Positions 57,945-61,395 of a stretch of DNA of 61,395 nucleotides are shown here, piece by piece. This stretch comes from an uncultured Bacilli bacterium (GTDB lineage: Bacteria > Bacillota_I > Bacilli_A > RFN20 > CAG-449). Within the stretch, counting starts at the first letter, position 1. Each line of letters begins with the position of its first letter. Location of the stretch: assembly GCA_944332525.1 (NCBI GenBank), contig CALVKD010000002.1, positions 1 through 61,395 of the forward strand, written 5' to 3'. Both the position numbers and the translations under genes were made by a program. A model generated the notes under the pieces. It made no database searches, was not told the origin of the DNA, and was given only the letters and a program-made list of their open reading frames with translations.

Positions 57945-59324
57945 TTAATAGAAATCATCTAATGAAAAGCAGGAGAACTTAGCTCTATCAACATCGCTTT
58001 CAAACCCATTTTTAGAAATAAACCCTAATTTATAGAACCCTATTTCAAGGTTTTTTGTTTGATATATTTCTTCATTTACTACATCTAGGCCTATCTTACT
58101 ATTAGTAAACTTGCATTCATAAGAAATATATCCCTTTTCATCTAGGGTTACTATATCAAATTGACGATTAACTTTGTTTTTCTTATCATTATAAAAATAA
58201 GTTCCAATATCCATAATCGGTGGCATAATTTTTCCTGAGAAATTCATTCTTAATAAAAATTCCTTGCTGATACTCTCAAATTTACGAGGCAGATAAATAG
58301 TCTTGAAATTTTGCTCAACAAATTGATGATAAAAGTATGTCGGATTTATTCTCATTAACGAATATGGCGATAAAGCAATAAAGCTATAATAAAAGTCAAT
58401 AAAATTATCTTTAAAGCGAAAGAATGATAACTTGCGATTACTTTTATCATTTATCGGGGTGTATTTTTCAATAATATCCATTTCTTGCATTTTTTGTAAT
58501 AAATATTTAGGATCGCTCTTATCGTATTGTTTCAAGCAGGCAATTAAATCGCTTTGCTTAGTTTTACCATTAGAAATAAACCTTATCGCATCATTAAAAT
58601 TAGAAATTCTATTTGTTTCTTCTAAAATCATTTGATTTAATTCCATTTCTAAAATTGAATCTTTTTTTACGATTAGATTAATGATATTGTCAATTATTGT
58701 TTTAGAAGTATCAATCAAACTATTGAAGTAAGGCAATCCACCAAAAACCGAATAAGCGATCAATTTATCTTCGTTGCTATAATTTGGATAAAAAAGAGCA
58801 GATTCATAATAATCAAATGGTCTAATAAATAATATATGATTGAATCTTCCATAAGAATGCGAGCCGTATTCCATCATTTTTTCCATTAATCCTACATAGC
58901 TTCCCGAAATAATTAATTTCATCTGCGATTTTTCTTTATAGAGATCAATTGCTGAAGCTAGATAAGATTCAATAGCAAAATCTTTTTCGAGCAAGAAAGT
59001 AAATTCATCGATGATAAGGATAATTTTTTTTCTTTCGGATAATTCAAAGGCAAACTCAAAAAAACTATTAAAATCTTTGAACTTGATGTCGCTTAAAGAA
59101 AGCATTTTCAAAAAAATAGAACTGAGCATTTCTAGATTAGATTCTAAAGAGACTCTTTTACATTCATAATGAATGATTATTGCATCACTACAATTTTTAA
59201 GGGCTTCATTAATGATCGCGGTTTTACCCACTCTTCTCCGACCATATATTAAGGCACTTTCCATTTTATCTGTTTTAAACATCTCTTGAAGTTCTTCAAC
59301 TTCTTTATTTCTGCCGATAAACAT
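57945..59324 (-). CDS. AAA-type ATPase of the Arch_ATPase/DUF234 family
   Basis: It has FIGRNKEVEELQ...IYGRRRVGKTA (Walker A) and IIDEF (Walker B). The C-terminus resembles DUF234. It has an AGGAGA RBS. Confidence 0.8.
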   Translation of the reverse strand: MFIGRNKEVEELQEMFKTDKMESALIYGRRRVGKTAIINEALKNCSDAIIIHYECKRVSLESNLEMLSSIFLKMLSLSDIKFKDFNSFFEFAFELSERKKIILIIDEFTFLLEKDFAIESYLASAIDLYKEKSQMKLIISGSYVGLMEKMMEYGSHSYGRFNHILFIRPFDYYESALFYPNYSNEDKLIAYSVFGGLPYFNSLIDTSKTIIDNIINLIVKKDSILEMELNQMILEETNRISNFNDAIRFISNGKTKQSDLIACLKQYDKSDPKYLLQKMQEMDIIEKYTPINDKSNRKLSFFRFKDNFIDFYYSFIALSPYSLMRINPTYFYHQFVEQNFKTIYLPRKFESISKEFLLRMNFSGKIMPPIMDIGTYFYNDKKNKVNRQFDIVTLDEKGYISYECKFTNSKIGLDVVNEEIYQTKNLEIGFYKLGFISKNGFESDVDRAKFSCFSLDDFY

Positions 59325-59476
59325 ATTTTTCTTCTCCTAATTTTATTATACCTATATTTTTTGACAAATCAATTTATCGTAAATTAATTTACCAAATATT
59401 TTTATCAAACAAAAATTTGATAACATTAGTCAAGCATAATTTATTAAACATTAGATAGTATCTTTTCCCACAAGTT

Positions 59477-60094
59477 TTGGCTCACAATATTTTTCACTAT
59501 TTATTCTCAAAAGAAACTAATTTAATTTCTTTGAATGACTTCCCATATATTCGAATAATAAGTCCAGGGATTATGAAATTTGATGGTCAAAAGGCTTATA
59601 TTGCTACAGCGGATGTTGAAGGTACTAAAATTAATTATAATGCACCATTAATTGCATTTGAAAAGCGTGAAAGCCGCGCAAATATGCAACCTATAGCAAA
59701 TAGCGTTTGGTTTGCTAAAATGAAAAATTCTATAAAACACATTAATGTTACTAAAGATGATAGTAATTTTATTGAAAATTATGTTTTTTCAACTGGTTTT
59801 TTAGGATTAAAATGTAAAGACATAGCTTTTGAATATTTAATTAATTATTTAGAGCTTCCTTATTTTGAAAACACAAAAGACTTATTATCCCATGGTGCTA
59901 CTCAACAAAGTATTAATAACGAAGACTTAAAATTATTTAAAATCCATATACCATCAAAAGAACAACTTGAGTTTTTTCATAACAAAACAACGTTAATCTA
60001 TTGTTGCATATCTAAAATTAGCCAAATAAATAATAAATTGATTAATTTGAAAGAGAAGATTTTGCCATTGTTGATAAACGGTCAATTACAATAA
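59477..60094 (+). CDS. hsdS: truncated type I restriction-modification specificity subunit (single target-recognition domain plus C-terminal conserved helix)
   Basis: This 205-aa ORF ends in ...LINLKEKILPLLINGQLQ, which is characteristic of HsdS. The ORF opens with TTG and has no RBS. It is half the length of a normal HsdS and convergent with the full hsdS. Confidence 0.6.
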   Translation: MAHNIFHYLFSKETNLISLNDFPYIRIISPGIMKFDGQKAYIATADVEGTKINYNAPLIAFEKRESRANMQPIANSVWFAKMKNSIKHINVTKDDSNFIENYVFSTGFLGLKCKDIAFEYLINYLELPYFENTKDLLSHGATQQSINNEDLKLFKIHIPSKEQLEFFHNKTTLIYCCISKISQINNKLINLKEKILPLLINGQLQ

Positions 60095-60119
60095 TTTTAA
60101 AGATAAAGAAATTAAAATA

Positions 60120-61337
60120 TTATGTTAATTGTTGATTAATAAGCAAAGGCAACAAAGTATTTTTTAATAGTAACAGTTTTTCGTTAAGTAAGCTAATGTC
60201 ATATATTTTTTTATAAAAAGGTCGTATATATTCACTATATTTTTGCAGTATATCGTAAGGTGGAATAAGCAAATAGGAATGCTCAATTGCATTTTTATTT
60301 ATGTGCTTTTGACAATTCCCTGTTGATGTTTTTTCATACAACTCAATTAAATTTTTAACGCATGGATATAAATAGCCAGCTTCAAAAACATCATTTTCTT
60401 CGATTCCAACGACAGATTGATTTGCACACGAATCAATAGCTAATATACTAACGCGAATATTACCTGTAATTGATACTAATATTGTTCCTTTTTTCATTAA
60501 TTTGGTTGCTGAATATTTCAAACCTAGATTTGAAATTTTTAACTCACTTTTTGTTATTGGAAAATGAGCAATCTCACCTGAATTCAACCAATTTATATCA
60601 CCTTTCCAATATTCTGCTATCTTTGTTGATGGAGTGCCGCCTAATATAATGTTACAGACTTCTGAAATTTTTTTAACTTTCCAATTTAAAGGAATTTTTC
60701 GATTTAAATTTTTATTATAAATTAGATCAGACTTAAAATTTGGAATCTTATATTGAATAAACCAATAGTTATATATTGCTTGTGTCAAAACTTGTAATCT
60801 TTTGACGATGACATTATTATGACTAATTTGGATGTCAATTGAAGATAATATAGATACAATTTTGTTTTGAATTTCTAATGGTGGTAAATCGATAGTAACA
60901 TCATAAATATCTTCAGGGGATATATTACGTTGCTTAGTACCGCTTGCTCTAGCTTCTAATTGTTTTTTTACACTTTCTAAAGCCAAAGCATAATGTAAAT
61001 AATATTTATTTACTTTGTTTTCATCGCAAATAATTTTACCTACACGTTGATTTAAAACAAATTTGAAGTCCAATGAAGGCGGTATTAATGCAGTATTTCC
61101 AAATAGACCTGCAACTTGTTCTGTTAAAGGTATAACTAGGTCATCTTTACTTAAAATGAATTCTTTAGGGAAACTACCACTATAGTAAGTAGCTTTAGCG
61201 TCGTTCATTTTAAAAGTATTATTTTCACTAAAATTGCCTAATGTAACCAATCGGAAATAACCTTTATTTACATAGTTTTTACTTTTGAAGGCAAAGCCAT
61301 GCTTAACTTTTAGTATGCTTCCAAGCTTAACCAACAT
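60120..61337 (-). CDS. hsdS: type I restriction-modification specificity subunit (two TRDs)
   Basis: This 405-aa protein has a central conserved helix (LEIQNKIVSILSSID) and a C-terminal helix (LLLLKNTLLPLLINQQLT). It has a GGAGGG RBS. Any hsdM would lie beyond the right edge. Confidence 0.85.
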   Translation of the reverse strand: MLVKLGSILKVKHGFAFKSKNYVNKGYFRLVTLGNFSENNTFKMNDAKATYYSGSFPKEFILSKDDLVIPLTEQVAGLFGNTALIPPSLDFKFVLNQRVGKIICDENKVNKYYLHYALALESVKKQLEARASGTKQRNISPEDIYDVTIDLPPLEIQNKIVSILSSIDIQISHNNVIVKRLQVLTQAIYNYWFIQYKIPNFKSDLIYNKNLNRKIPLNWKVKKISEVCNIILGGTPSTKIAEYWKGDINWLNSGEIAHFPITKSELKISNLGLKYSATKLMKKGTILVSITGNIRVSILAIDSCANQSVVGIEENDVFEAGYLYPCVKNLIELYEKTSTGNCQKHINKNAIEHSYLLIPPYDILQKYSEYIRPFYKKIYDISLLNEKLLLLKNTLLPLLINQQLT

Positions 61338-61395
61338 TGTAAATCCCTCCGTTTTTAGAGAAATTTAAAGTTGGTTTAAAAGACTGTAACTTTTG

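Noticed and set aside
60040-60180. Inverted repeats between the 3' ends of the two hsdS genes as direct evidence of a shufflon
   Set aside because: The segments encoding ...LPLLINGQLQ and ...LPLLINQQLT are similar at the protein level. At the DNA level they are only about two-thirds identical by eye, with no long perfect repeat. Recombination is therefore not demonstrated. I kept it as a low-interest hypothesis only.
1-61395. Mycoplasma-type genetic code (TGA = Trp), considered because of the very low GC content
   Set aside because: Long ORFs close properly with the standard code, and TGA terminates well-supported genes. Examples are the 958-aa gene at 39429-39431 and the MarR gene at 23733-23735. 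The standard code 11 therefore applies.
1-61395. CRISPR arrays, rRNA genes, retron or DGR reverse transcriptases, complete prophage or integrase genes
   Set aside because: I saw no regularly spaced direct repeats, no rRNA-like conserved stretches, and no RT or integrase motifs in any ORF of the six-frame track.

Overview
This 61.4-kb window comes from a gene-dense, visibly AT-rich Firmicutes or Mollicutes-like chromosome. My guess is a gut-anaerobe type such as Erysipelotrichia or an Acholeplasma-like lineage. It uses the standard genetic code, since TGA acts as a stop (for example at 39429-39431). The left half is mostly housekeeping and accessory metabolism. It holds tRNA-Gln(CUG), a guanine riboswitch with its terminator controlling an NCS2 purine permease, topB, and two tandem LtaS-like paralogs. 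It also holds an L-arabinose cluster (araA, an esterase and a fused FGGY kinase plus AraD gene, with a divergent AraC regulator) and a flavodiiron protein. The same half carries a heterodimeric ABC exporter with MarR, a ZIP transporter, a MarR plus MacB/FtsX-type ABC system, xth, a split chrA pair and maa. From about 30.4 kb the content becomes accessory. There is a roughly 555-nt GC-enriched, highly base-paired non-coding region closed by an 18-bp terminal helix and followed by a terminator, which I read as a large ornate ncRNA. After it come a small XRE regulator, a 1-nt-frameshifted prepilin-like beta-helix protein and a secreted barnase-like RNase lipoprotein. Next is a translationally coupled operon encoding a TIR plus SAM-methyltransferase fusion, a 958-aa membrane protein and a 299-aa partner that share an EHxRW motif. 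This operon is my best candidate for an undescribed defence or signalling system. Further right are pepC, a 2042-aa domain-permuted GH3 enzyme with three TM segments, five CBM-like repeats and four 25-residue Cys-rich modules, and an AgrC-like/LytTR two-component pair. The window ends in a very AT-rich island carrying an ADP-ribosylglycohydrolase, an ASCH-PIN-GNAT multidomain protein, ASCH and FRG proteins, a DUF234-type ATPase and convergent type I R-M specificity genes. I saw no CRISPR array, rRNA or complete mobile element. All functional calls rest on motif recognition by eye, without database searches.
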